DNA from: Malacoraja senta
Lineage: Eukaryota
Assembly (NCBI GenBank): GCA_038087875.1
Contig: CM075977.1
Span: forward strand, 1,674,001 to 1,738,000
DNA length: 64,000 bases
Reading direction: 5' to 3'
This document shows, piece after piece, positions 52,546 through 64,000 of the stretch. How positions within the stretch are numbered: position 1 is the stretch's first letter; each line of letters begins with the position of its first letter. The position numbers and the translations under genes were made by a program. The notes under the pieces were generated by a model, which saw nothing but the letters and a program-made list of their open reading frames with translations, was not told where the DNA came from and ran no database searches.

Positions 52546-53401
52546 TATTCCGACTTAAATGTTGGAACCATCATGGCAGAAGCATGATCAGAAAAGAGAT
52601 ATTTTTAAACAAAATTAACCATCTAGATACATGCTCCAGTGAACTGCACCCACCTCTCTTCACCACTCCTATCTGAAGTCTGTCTTGAATTCCCCAATGG
52701 ATATTGAGTAACCATTATGAATATTTGGGGCCCAATTCTGTCACTGATCCCAGGAGTCCACTGGAGTACTAGGAGGCCAATAGGAACACCTGTACAACTG
52801 GAACATTTGGAGGCTGTTTTCTTGCTGAGGTTCAATGTTACAGCAAGCTCCCCACTCCCCATCAACAACCTGCCCAACATTTTATTGTTCCATGAGCCCC
52901 AATGCCTGACACTTTGTTTCAACCAGGTTACCGATTTTCTTTGTCCCTCTCAGCATTTTTGCAATATTCACAACAACTTTCAGGTTCTGACTGAGGAGAA
53001 TGGAAACTCCAAGCACAGGGTTTCTTCGTTTGAATACCTGAATCATATCTTCCATTAACCTCCTCTGCTCTAAGGAGGGAACAACTCCAGCTTCACCCAG
53101 TGTCTCCACAGAACTGATCTAACCTAATTTCTCAAACTATTCTCCTGTGCCCCTTCTCCAAGGCTTTAACATCTTTCCCCTGGGGTGGGGCCCGTGAATA
53201 GGATACAACCCATTTATACAGGTTTAACATCCTTCTTTAGTAGAGTCCTCATATCAAACTCAAGAAACCCTGATGCTACATTACCAACAATGAGAAGTTG
53301 CAGAAACACAGAGGAGATGCTACCTGTTTTAACAAACAGAAGGTATCACCAGACTTCAATGTTTTCTTCCAGTAATCCAGTTTCAAACTAAACCCTCTTA
53401 C

Positions 53402-53488
53402 CGGGGGACCCAGGGGTCCAGGAGGTCCTTTACTGTCTTGGGAACAAGTGCAGGCATGAGGAAGAGCTGGGCAATTGGCTTCATCTCT
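53402..53488 (-). CDS. COL14A1: COL14A1 exon, 87 bp, [29 protein letters not shown] (NC3/COL2 junction)
   Basis: CAG/GTAAG boundaries, cysteine cluster followed by Gly-X-Y. Confidence 0.95.
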
Positions 53489-53508
53489 CTGAAAGGAATA
53501 ACATCACA

Positions 53509-53816
53509 TTTACTTTAGACTTTAGAGGTACAGCAAGGAAATGGGCCCTTTGGCCCACCGGGTCTGTGCTGAACATCGATCCCCAACATTAGCACTACCC
53601 TACACATTAGAGACAATTTTCAACTTTACTGAAGCCAATTAACCTACAAAGTTTAACATCATTGGAGTATGGGAGAAAACCAGTGCACCTGGAGGAAGCC
53701 TACGCGTTCACAGGGAGAATGTACAAACTCCGCACAGACAGCACCATGGTCAGGATTGAACCTGGGTCTCTGACACTGTTAGGCAGCAACTCGACTGCTG
53801 CACCACTGTGCCGCCC
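53509..53816 (-). mobile_element. HE1-like V-SINE
   Basis: Complete head GGGCGGCACAGTGGTGCAG, central domain and tail. Confidence 0.85.
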
Positions 53817-54279
53817 CTAATCATACTAACGATGTCAAATAGTGCTCCATCCAGGGGCCCCAGATAACTAATATCTCTTGTATCATCCCCCACCCCAGCA
53901 GGAATTATGGGTAATCCTGTGGGAAATGAAAATCCAGATAAAATCCCTGGTCAACGTGTGCTCAACCCCCTCTCCAGCCCATGTTGGAAATCTATCCTGA
54001 GGTTGCTGATGTACCTAACCCCGTGACAAGAAATCATTACTACAAAAACACGCACCGTGTAGACACACAAATTAAAGCAGCAGTAAACCTGCATCGCACC
54101 ACAAAGCAGACAAGACACCAAGTCGGCAAAGGAAGGTTAACTCAGATGAGGTTTACAACAAAAGGTGGAGTAATGACAGCGGGACAGGCAGTGTCTCTGG
54201 AGAGAAGGAATGGGTGACCTTTCGGGTCGAGACCCTTCAGATAAAAGTTCTTCAGGTCTGAGAGTTTATAAAGGTGTTT

Positions 54280-54797
54280 CAACAGTTTTGGTCCCCTAAT
54301 TTGAGGAAGGACATTATTGCTATTGAGGGAGTGCAGCATAGGTTTACAAGGTTAATTCCCGGATGGCGGGACTGTTATGTGTGAGAGAATGGAACGGCTG
54401 GGCTTGTATACTCTGGAATTTAGAAGGACGAGAGGGGATCTTATTGAAACAAAAGATTATTAAGGGTTTGGACACGTTAGAGGCAGGAAACATGTTCCCA
54501 ATGTTGGGGGAGTCCAGAACCAGGGGCCACAGTTTAAGAATAAGGAGTATGCCATTAGAACAGAGACGAGGAAACACTTTTTCACACAGAGATGTGAGTC
54601 TATGGAATTCTCTGCCTCTGAGGGCGGTGGAGGCGGGTTCTCTGGATACTTTCAAGAGAGAGCTAGATAGGGCTCTTAAAGAGTCAGGGGTATGGGGAGA
54701 AGGCAGGAACTGGGTACTGATTGGGGATGATCAGCCATGATCTCATTGAATGGCGGTGCTGGCTCGAAGGGCCGAATGGCCTACGAATGGCCTACTA
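54280..54797 (+). mobile_element. CR1 3' fragment (Penelope-derived piece upstream at 54165-54240)
   Basis: MFPMLGESRTRGHSLRI..LWNSLP. Confidence 0.88.
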
Positions 54798-56031
54798 ATA
54801 GCAAAGACGTAGAATGGTTGCTTTCACTTGTGGGATGTGGAAACCAAGGGTCATGAGTGCAGGGCTGTCGCCAACATTTCCCGGAGAACAGATGGAATGT
54901 TTAAGTGAACTGCAAAGAAAGAAACTCAGAAATATAAAGCAGAAGATGGCCATTCAGCCCTTCAGACCTGCTCCATCATACATCACTATTACATCATCGA
55001 CCAGTACCCTGTTCCCACATCTCTTAATCCTTTTGGTATCCAGAAATATATAAGTAAACATTTTTTTAAACTGTAGTTGCTGGAAATCTAAAAATAAAAA
55101 CAGGAAATGCTGGAAATACTCAGAAAGTCAGGCTTCAGCTGTGGGAAGAGAAAGAGGTGACTGCACAAATGCTGCCTGAACCATTTAGTGTTACGTGCAT
55201 TTTTTTTAGAAAAATATATATTCCTTTTTGAATCTATCCAGTCACATGGCCTCTGCTGCATTCTCTGGGAGAGAATTTCACAGGTTCACCGCCCCCCCCC
55301 CCCCCCCCCTCTGATTAAAGAAATTTCTCCCAATCTCCATTCTAAATGGCTCACCCCATATCATGAGGTCGTGATCATTGGTTCTGGATTGCCCAGTTAT
55401 TGGCAACAGTCTCCTGTATCCAGTCTCTCATCCTGTTAGGATTTTACAGGCTTCTCTGAAACCTCCTCTCATCCTTCCACCCAGTGAATCGAGGCCTAAC
55501 CGAGCCAATCTCTCCTCATACATCAGCCCTGTCATGCCTCGAATCAGTCTATTAAACCTTTGCTGCACTCCATCCATGGCAAGAACATCCTTCCTCTGAC
55601 AAGGCAAACAAAGCTGCCCACAAACCCCAGATGAGGCCTTACTGTGGGCTTGCACAGATGCACTGAGACTCCTTGCTCCTGAGCTCAATTCCTACTGCAC
55701 TGAAGACCAACACATCACCTGCCTTCTTCACTTCTCGCTCCATCTCAATACTGGGAAGGACAACACAAGGACCAGCAGTTGTTTTGCAACTTCCATTACA
55801 GAATTTTACGGGAAAAGGCAAGGTATGTACACAATAGTCCAGCCGTAGCCTATATTATATTTCATTAATCTTTTATACATTCTCATTTTTATAACTTGTG
55901 CCTAATGCCCGAGTTAAAGAATGGCATCTGGTGTGTTCTGATACATTCAGGAGTTTCAGAATGCGTTATCTGCCACATCTCCAAACCAACTTGCCATTTC
56001 AAGGTCAGTTTATTGTCACATGTACCAATTA

Positions 56032-56580
56032 CCGTATTTCCCAGCAATGAAGACGATTTTTTTACCCAAAAATAAGGCACGAAAATTTACCTGCATCTTG
56101 GAGGCCAAAGGTGAGGTTGTTAGCCAAGAAAGATAGACTTGGCTATCCCTCAGTACAGCAACATCAAGAACGATGTTGCTGTACTGAGGGATAGCCAAGT
56201 CTATCCCTCATTGCTGGCAGCTGATGGGAAGCAGCTGTAAAGTGGAAAGCGGCTGTTAAAGAACAGCGCCGCTGGCAACCGGTAGAGGTGGTGGTTGGCT
56301 CCCTCTCCCTCTCCCTCTCCCTCCCTCCCTCTCTTTTTTCCCAGGGCAGGTGACCTGGGCGCTACAGCCAGTCCCGGGGCAGGCGACTTGGGAACTGCAG
56401 CTAGTCCCGGGGACGTGGGGGATCTGGGAACTGGCTACAGGGGCAAGCAGGCGATGTTGCCGACCCCTGGACTAACCCAAACCCTTGATCCTGTCCCGCC
56501 ATCCTTTTCTCAAAATTTAGCAACTTAAATTGGGGGGGGTGTCTTCGACGCAGGTGCGTCTTCATTGCCGGGAAATACTG
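56032..56580. mobile_element. pogo/Tc2-type (Tc1-mariner superfamily) MITE with TA TSD, inserted in a Rex-like LINE tail
   Basis: TIRs CCGTATTTCCCAGCAATGAAGACG and CGTCTTCATTGCCGGGAAATACTG; TA at 56030-56031 and 56581-56582. Confidence 0.85.
56132..56205. repeat. Perfect 34-bp inverted repeat with 6-nt loop
   Basis: 56132-56165 is the exact reverse complement of 56172-56205. Confidence 0.97.
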
Positions 56581-58675
56581 TAAGGTACAGTGAAATTCAG
56601 ATTGCCATACGGCCATACCGATAAAGAGCAACAAAACACCCAAATAAATGTTTAACATGAACATCCACCACAGCGACTCCCCCATATTCCTCACTGCTTC
56701 CCTACTCTGCCCAGCTGACAGACGCATTTAAACTTTTCATGTAGATTCATAGTTAAACAGCACAACAATAGGCCCTTCATCCAACTTCTCTAAGCCAAAC
56801 AAGATGCTTTCCTAAGCTGGTCCCATTTGCCTGCATTTGGCCTACTTCCCTCTAAACCTTTCCTGTCCATGAACCTGCCAAAATATCTTTCAAACATAGG
56901 AATTGTACCTGCCTGTAACACCTCCTCTGGCAGCTTGCTCCACACAATCATTTTTTGTACTCTCTTCAAATTGATCACCTATGCTCCAGAAATGTATCCC
57001 TAAACCTCTCCTCTTTACAAATAGCTTTCCACAAAATAGTTTCACTATGTCTCCTGCCCCTCTACAGGAATACATTCATTCTTGTGTGCATGTTGGAAAC
57101 CATAACAGTATCGTGAACTCATTCCATTGCGTGAGGCTTTATGAATACATGGGTGCTTTAATGAGCTGGGAATGTTGTTCCAATGCTGGTGGTCCTGCTG
57201 CATTCTGTAAGCTCATTGTCCAGAGCACGGGTCAACCTCAGACAGTGCTTGGGGAATGGGGGGTGGACAGAAGTTCACAGCTGCAGTCCACACACCTGCT
57301 GCAAGAGAGCCCTTGGAGGCTGCTTAGCTCCAGCGCCATCCTCCCCCTTAATGAATGGAAATAGCATGCAAAACGCTATTGTAAACTGGTGAATGGAAGC
57401 CTTTACAATTCTAGTACAAGCTTGGCTTTTATATTGTTGATTTACAGCACCAAAGTCAAAAGGCAATTTACAGTAAGTTCACATAAAACACTGTTAAGAT
57501 GTTAGGTATCACTTGGGGGCACTGGATGAAGGCTTTAGGGAGTGAGCAGGGTAGACCCAACTCTAACAAAATGTCAACTTTGTTTCTCTTTCCACAGATT
57601 CTGTCTAACCTGATAAATATTTCCACCATTGTCTGTGTTTTTCAAACCTGTCAACGCCTGCTGTTATAGGAAAAATTGGCATATTTAAAGATCAGGTCTC
57701 ATTAAGGCATGAAAATGACACTTGAACAACAGTACATGAAGCACTCAACTTCCAATCATTCCAGGGTTGACAATAAGGGAGCAGTAACTCAACAATCAAT
57801 GTTAAAGATTTAGAACAAATAACAGGATCCCCTTGCAGAGAGATATGGAACTGGAACTGTAATCAGTTTAGCTGATGATACAGGAATTATTCAAATTTAG
57901 ATTGTCTAGGCAGAAGTAGGATGCAGAACCAAGGTGTGTCTATGGAATTAGGACTATTTGCCCATGTAACTGTTAATTGGCAATGTGGGATTAGGTGGGC
58001 TGAATGGCCCTTTCCACACTGCAAGCAAGAATGCACTTTTTCCCCCAAAACAAAACTTCTACTCATGCAATGATTTTACTGAGTGAGGCAAATTGGCCCA
58101 AATTACCTCACGAGAGCCATGCCACAGAATGTGACACAAAGCTACCTCAGGAGCTACGAGTAAGATGATTGCAACTTTATCAAAGGGGCAGAAGAAGGCT
58201 TGCATTTCCAGAACAATCAATGAAGTGCTCTTAGGATAGAGCTACTGATCATAAGTAAATGCAAGGAGTCAAGACATTTACAGCAGGCTTCCCCATACAA
58301 AGCACTTTGGCTGCAGCCAAATAATCTTTTCCTTAGAAGTGACATTAGTTTAGGTGATCATAATACCTGACAGGAGGAAAGAGAGGGGTCTGTAAGGTAA
58401 ATCTGAGGGAGGACATTTCTAATCCTGATTGTGTCTGTGAAGACATGTCACCAATGGTGGAATTATTACATTTGGGAATGATGCAAAAGCCAGACTTGGA
58501 GGTGCTCAGATATCTCAGAAGACAGGAAGGATTATAGGTCTGGGAGAAATTACAGTTGGATGGGGAATTTGAAAGTAAGAATTAGAATTTTAATACAGGA
58601 CAAGAATATTAGCTATCAACATATGAATCGCACAGACGGTACATGGAGAAATATCTTCCTTTGCTCAGTACTTAC

Positions 58676-58753
58676 CAGCGCAGGAAGTTCACAGCATTTG
58701 TCCCTGCTTGCATAGGACGTGGAACAGGAAATATCAAACCCTTGCAATTGGAA
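58676..58753 (-). CDS. COL14A1: COL14A1 exon, 78 bp, FQLQGFDISCSTSYASRDKCCELPAL
   Basis: CAG acceptor and GTAAGT donor; FQLQ.FDI.CSTS...DKCCELP is the FACIT TSPN C-terminus. Confidence 0.95.
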
Positions 58754-59084
58754 CTGAAATTTAAATGAAATAATGAAAAACCGAGCACAGTTCATGAGTA
58801 TATACTACCCTCAGCAACTCTAATTTCTTGCAATCCATTCTGCTCAATTGTAATACATCTGTTAGCCACATTTCAAATTGAGGGAGAATCTAACCATCTC
58901 TTCTTGCTCCCATCATTTAAATCCCACCTTCAACAACCTGGGTTCATTGTTAACCAGAAACGTATCCAGACCAACCAAATAAATACTGTGGCTACAATAG
59001 CATGTCAGAGGTGGGTATCTGTGGGAAGTGAAATCCCTTCTACATAACATTCATATAAAAAATGTTTTTTAATAGATTTGATAG

Positions 59085-60628
59085 TGGGGCCTCTGCCCAC
59101 CCTCCCCCTGCTCCTCGACATTCTCTCCCCCTCAATCCCCCTGGTCCACTTCCTCTGCCTTTGCTTTGTCGCGCTTGATCATCAAGGCCGAGCAGGTGAG
59201 GAAGGTGCTGAGCAGACTCCGCCCAGGCAAAGTCACGGGTCCCGATGGTATCAGCCCCAGGATACTCAAGGCATGTGCCAGCCAGTTGTGTGGAGTACTC
59301 CAGCATATCTTCAACCTAAGCCTGAGCCTGGAGAGGGTTCCTGTGATGTGGAAGACATCCTGCCTGGTTGCCGTACCAAAGGGTACACGCCCCAGCTCCT
59401 CCAATGACCACAGACCGGTGGCGCTGACTTCACACATCATGAAGTCCCTGGAGAGGCTGCTGCTCACTCACCTGCGATCCCTGGTTAAACCCTACCTGGA
59501 CCCCCTTGAGTTCGCTTACCAAACAAAGATGGGGGTTGAGGACGCTATCATCCACCTGCTCCATCTTTCCTATGCTCACCTGTATAGCTGGGAAGCTTTG
59601 TGAGAGTCATGTTTTTTGGACTTCTCCAGTGCTTTCAACACCATCCTGCACCGCTAGGGAGCAAACTGACGAAGATGCGGGTGGATGTCCCATTGGTGTC
59701 CTGGATCACCAACTACCTGACGGGACAACCACAATATGTCAGGCTACAGAACTGTGTCTCGGACATGGTGGTGAGCAACACTGGGGCCCCACAGGGGACT
59801 GTCCTCTCTGCCTTCCTGTTACCATCTACATCCAGATATAACTCAGACTCCTGCCACAAGCAGAAGTTTTCAGATGACTCTGCAATTGTGGGCTGCATCA
59901 GTGAGGGGAGGGAAGCTGAATACAGAGGTGTAGTCAACGACTTTGATGAGTGGTGTGGGCTGAATCACCTGCAGCTCAATACCAACAAGACTAAGGAGTT
60001 AATAGGGACTTTAGGAGGAGAGGAACACCCCTGTCCCCTGCCTCCATCAATGGTGCAGATGTGCAGTTTACCAGGAAGTACCTGGGAGTGTACCTGGACA
60101 GTAAACTGGACTGGTCCAGGAACGCTGAGGCCCTGTACAAGAAGGGACAGAGCCGGCTGTACTTTTTGAGAAGGCTCTGCTCCTTCACCGTCTGCAGTGA
60201 GATGCTGCAGATGTTCTACCAATTGGTGGTAGCCAATGCCATCTTGTTCGCTGCCGTGTGCAGGGGCAGCAGGGCGATGGCCGCGGACACCAATAGGATC
60301 AGGAAGGCTGGCTCTGTTCTGGGGGCGGAGTTGGATTCATAGGAGGTGGTCAACCTGAGGAGTACCTTCAGCAACAGACTGGTTCCACCAAGATGCAGTA
60401 CAGAACGCCACGGGAGATCCTTCTTCCCTGTGGCTATCAAACTCTGCAACTTTTTCCCCTTTGCCATGGGACTGAGACTGCCCCCCCCCCCCCAATCTTT
60501 GCACATCCCAATCGTTTCCACTTGTCACTTTAATTTCATGTTTCATGTATTTTGTGTTTTTGTGTTTTTATGACTGTTGGCAGATCAATTTCCCTCCTGG
60601 GACAAATAAAGTTATATCGTATTGTATC
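59085..60628 (+). mobile_element. Rex1/Babar-clade LINE (second family), degenerate RT
   Basis: KVTGPDGISPRILK, HRPVALTS, GAPQGTVLS and KFSDDS; AATAAAGTT tail. Confidence 0.9.
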
Positions 60629-60861
60629 AAGAAGAATGCAGACCCAGTATCCTTATGCGGCAGTGAATTTAATATTTCTTTCCAATTAGAGTGTGTACTT
60701 GGGTCCCACCAGACACTGCCACAATTAGCACAGTGAGTATAGGTGAGCACAGGGTCAGCGTAACAATGAATAAAAGCAGCACTTTCTCCAAAGACACAAC
60801 GTGTTTCATGGGCATCTATCAGTCACCACACCAAAGAAACTCCCAACAGTGGAGTTTAAAA

Positions 60862-61064
60862 TAGACACAAAATGCTGGCGTATCTCAGCGGTCCAGACAG
60901 CATTTCTGGAGAAAAGGAATAGGTGATGTTTTGGGTCTGAAGAACGGTTCCGACCCGAATCGTCACCTATTCCTTTTCTCCAGAGTTGCTGCCTGGCCCG
61001 CAGAGTTACTCCAGTACTTTGTGTCTATCTTCAGTATGAATCAGTGTCTGCAGTTCCTTCCTGT
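60862..61064. mobile_element. Penelope-derived inverted pair, ~16-bp TSD
   Basis: ACAGTGGAGTTTAAAA (60846-60861) and ACAGTGGAATTTAAAA (61065-61080). Confidence 0.75.
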
Positions 61065-61275
61065 ACAGTGGAATTTAAAACTCTCTTCTTGCAAGTTATA
61101 TGTGTGAATATTTAAATGAAGGTGTAATGGTAACCGAGAAATAATGTATTCAAATATATTATTATAGGATTGTAAAGTGCATTACAAACAGTGAAATACT
61201 TTTGAAAGCTAATTACCATTATATTGAAGTAAACCTTGCACACACAACAATGGGATTAATGATCAGATTATCTAC

Positions 61276-61444
61276 AATAGACACAAAATGCTGGAGTAAC
61301 TCAGCGGGCAAAGGCAGCATCTGTCTGCCTGCATCTGTCTGTCTGGCTATCTGTCAGCATAAGATGCTGCCTGTCCCGCAGAGTTACTCCTGTATTTTGT
61401 GTCTATCTTCGGTGTAAACCAGCATCTGCAGTTCCTTCCTACAC
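61276..61444. mobile_element. Penelope-derived inverted pair, ~11-bp TSD
   Basis: AGATTATCTAC (61265-61275) and AGATAATCTAC (61445-61455). Confidence 0.72.
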
Positions 61445-62145
61445 AGATAATCTACTATGTTGGTTAAGGAGTAAACTGTGGTCACCAGGAGAACATTCAC
61501 CTCAGAAAACAGTCAGTCATTTTTTTAAAATATCGCTTGAACATTCATGTCCTCAATAATACAACACTCTGTTGGTAGAATGTGACCTTCACAGCCAAGA
61601 ATGCTGCTCCATGAGTTGAGGCTCTCAGTTTACAATGTATATGATTAGTAGACAGGCCAAAAGTAATTGGAATGGAATAGATGGTTAGAGATGGTGTTAT
61701 AATTGTAAAGAACTGTTAAAGACTCAGAGATCAGGCACAGGGGAATCATGACTTATTTATTAGTCTAGAGTACATTCCAATAAAATACAGAGCCATCTCG
61801 TCTGTATTGGAAAAAAGGCGTGTGTGCATATATCTGAAAAAATCTCATTCAAATACTCTGAACATTAAACTATATGCAAACCTTAGTCACTGGGAACCTA
61901 CAGCTAAACTACAGTTTGATGCTTACAAATGTTAGCTTGTTTTCAGATATTGGCAAATGCCTAGAAATCAGATGTCACAGCACTGGATAAAATCCTTTCA
62001 ATACCTGCAGTGTGTGGACATGGAACTACAGCCATCAGAAAAATAGACAATGTACTCCTAGACAATAAACAAACTAGTCTGTCTGCCAATTACATCACTA
62101 TTCAATGTCACTATTCAGATTGGAACACCATTCGTGCCTCATCAG

Positions 62146-62310
62146 TGATGTCACGCATGCCTCACCCAGTGACATCACCATTTACAACACGCAATGACAT
62201 CATTAGTCTTGCTTAGCAGAATGATGTCAATAGTCACAACTCACATGATGACATCACTAGTCACGGCTTGCCCAGTGACGCAGCTACCGATGCACCAACC
62301 GATGATGTCA
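62146..62310. repeat. Decayed ~27-bp periodic array of seven TGACGTCA-like motifs
   Basis: Motif starts at 62146, 62170, 62195, 62222, 62249, 62276 and 62303. Confidence 0.7.
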
Positions 62311-63366
62311 TTGCCCATGCGCCATCCATTTCCTCCCATCACGGTATGAATTGGAGTTCAAATTGTAGTTTACGACTTTGTTAGAATTAGGCATGTAGTT
62401 TGCATTTCTTGCTTTTTAGTGGCTGCTCAGTTGACATCAGGTGACCTGTATTGGCCAGTCTCACAACAGACTGCAGGCTGTTCTGAAGTAGTTCCTCCAC
62501 CATTTAGTGTTGGGTTAATCATACACTAGATATCTCAATAGCAAAAGCATCAGCAGCTCTCGTTAAACAGGTTTTACTGCTCCAATTTCTCCTGACAGTG
62601 TTGTTTATTGGACTAGCACAGAGTGTGTTCTATCACTACTTAGATCTGGGACCTGCTTTGACCTCGAATATAACCTCTGTGTTTTGCTTCTGGAGGCCAG
62701 GGTCATAAAGACTTCAGTTACCTCGCTTCAGATTTCTTCCTTATCTCTCTATTTGTTTAACCACTGCATTGGGAATGTACCCAAACTCCACAGTCATGTC
62801 AGACTATGTCAGGGTAATCTACCATTCCACTTTAATGTCAAAATAAGGGGAATACAACAAACCCTAGGTCCCTGCCTGTTCTCTCAGGTCAATGTGAATG
62901 ACCCTAGACACTATACTAAAAAGCAGGGGAGTTCCCCAACATTAATCCCTCAAATAATATCACAAAAAATAAATATATGGTCACCAGCAATCTGTAGGAG
63001 CTCGTCATGTTGTATTTCTACCAGTACATCAATGCGATATGTCATTGGCTATAAAGTGCTTTAGCTAAAGAAATAAAAACCTTTTTCCTTCTTTGCTCAC
63101 GGCACTTCTTGTAAAAGCATTAAGGGACAAAAGAAGCATTCAGCTCTGTAACAAATATTAAGTTCAAACCTTGAAGTTCTTGTGATGAATTGAAACACTC
63201 AAGTACTGGATAGTTAGAACATGTTTAAATGTATTTCACCAAGAAACACTCCACCACATCATCCCACCCACCTACATTCTCCCAATCCCACGTCACCGCC
63301 TCTCCCCAGGCTGATGATAATGTGGCCCATGGTTTGCAGCTGCCAGTGATGAATTGATTCACTTAC

Positions 63367-63525
63367 CGATGCCGAGGTGTCCCTCGGGCTCCTGGAGCGC
63401 ACCATCCGGCCCAGTACCTCCAACCCAGAGGTGCTGATGTTTCCTGCCGCATTGATCGACTTCTCCCCCACTTGCTTGCAGTCCACCACCAGCCTTGCGT
63501 GGGTTTTGGTGATTACCACGTGCAC
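63367..63525 (-). CDS. COL14A1: Collagen XIV alpha-1 exon (TSPN/LamG end), 159 bp, [53 protein letters not shown]
   Basis: AG acceptor 63527-63526, GTAAGT donor 63366-63361, phase 0-0. DCKQVGEK and EVLG.MVRSR match collagen XIV as remembered. Confidence 0.93.
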
Positions 63526-64000
63526 CTATTGGCAATGAATACGGAGCAATATTACAGAGACTTGCAGGCCATTCGGCCCCGCTGCTGCATATGTGAAAGA
63601 ACCTGAACTTGCTTGGCCTTTCGCCGAGGGTTACGCCCTCCTTGCACCTTCTGTTCCTGGTCTGTAAGGGTGCCAGTTAAACCCCTGTGCATAAGAAATA
63701 CAAGCAACAACAAACCACGTCACCTTTTGCACTTGCCTCTCCATTCGATGTCATAGGTAATCTTGATTCTTTTCCATTCCTTCAATTTCTGATACCCATG
63801 AAAATCAGGCTCTGGAATGAGGATCAGAGATTCACAAATTCTCTCCTGCTCCCAGTTCAAGGACCTGTCCATATCCTGAAACTGTGCCCCAAGTTCAAGA
63901 CCCAGCCTTAGAAAACAACCTCTCAGTATGTAAACTGTGAAAATTCTCAGTCTTCCACATAACAGTGAGGTCACCTCACTGAAGCTCCACAGCACATCGG

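Noticed and set aside
6471-53816. tRNA genes at A/B-box motifs
   Set aside because: They are SINE heads continuous with SINE bodies and tails.
62146-62310. CRISPR-like repeat-spacer array
   Set aside because: The repeats are only 8 bp, the context is a vertebrate intron, and there are no cas genes.
27688-63525. Assignment to COL12A1 or COL20A1
   Set aside because: [32 protein letters not shown], the RSPGI.RF tail and the probable MRPL13 neighbour all fit collagen XIV better.

Overview
Eukaryotic vertebrate DNA, most likely from a cartilaginous fish such as a skate or ray (inferred from HE1-type V-SINEs, CR1 tails and Penelope-derived repeats). The right half holds the 3' part of a FACIT collagen gene on the minus strand, best matching COL14A1. 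I resolved 16 GT-AG exons between 63525 and 27688, covering the TSPN/NC3 end, COL2, NC2, COL1 and a long NC1. The plus strand carries a probable last coding exon of MRPL13 (14397-14421), convergent with COL14A1. The rest is intronic or intergenic and rich in transposable elements: CR1 and Rex/Babar LINEs, tRNA-SINEs, a CsRn1-like Gypsy LTR/gag relic, Harbinger and pogo/Tc2 MITEs, Helitron pieces and many short Penelope-derived inserts. The most notable observations are (1) an extra 54-bp Gly-X-Y exon only 67 nt from its neighbour, a candidate mutually exclusive pair; (2) several candidate alternative NC1 ends with long AG-free zones; (3) about 12 short retro-inserts carrying hammerhead-ribozyme cores, six of which show target-site duplications; (4) a nested inverted duplication with a Helitron 3' end at an A|T site; (5) a perfect 34-bp hairpin; and (6) a 27-bp-periodic array of CRE-like motifs. 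All family assignments come from recognition and remembered homologues; no searches were run.
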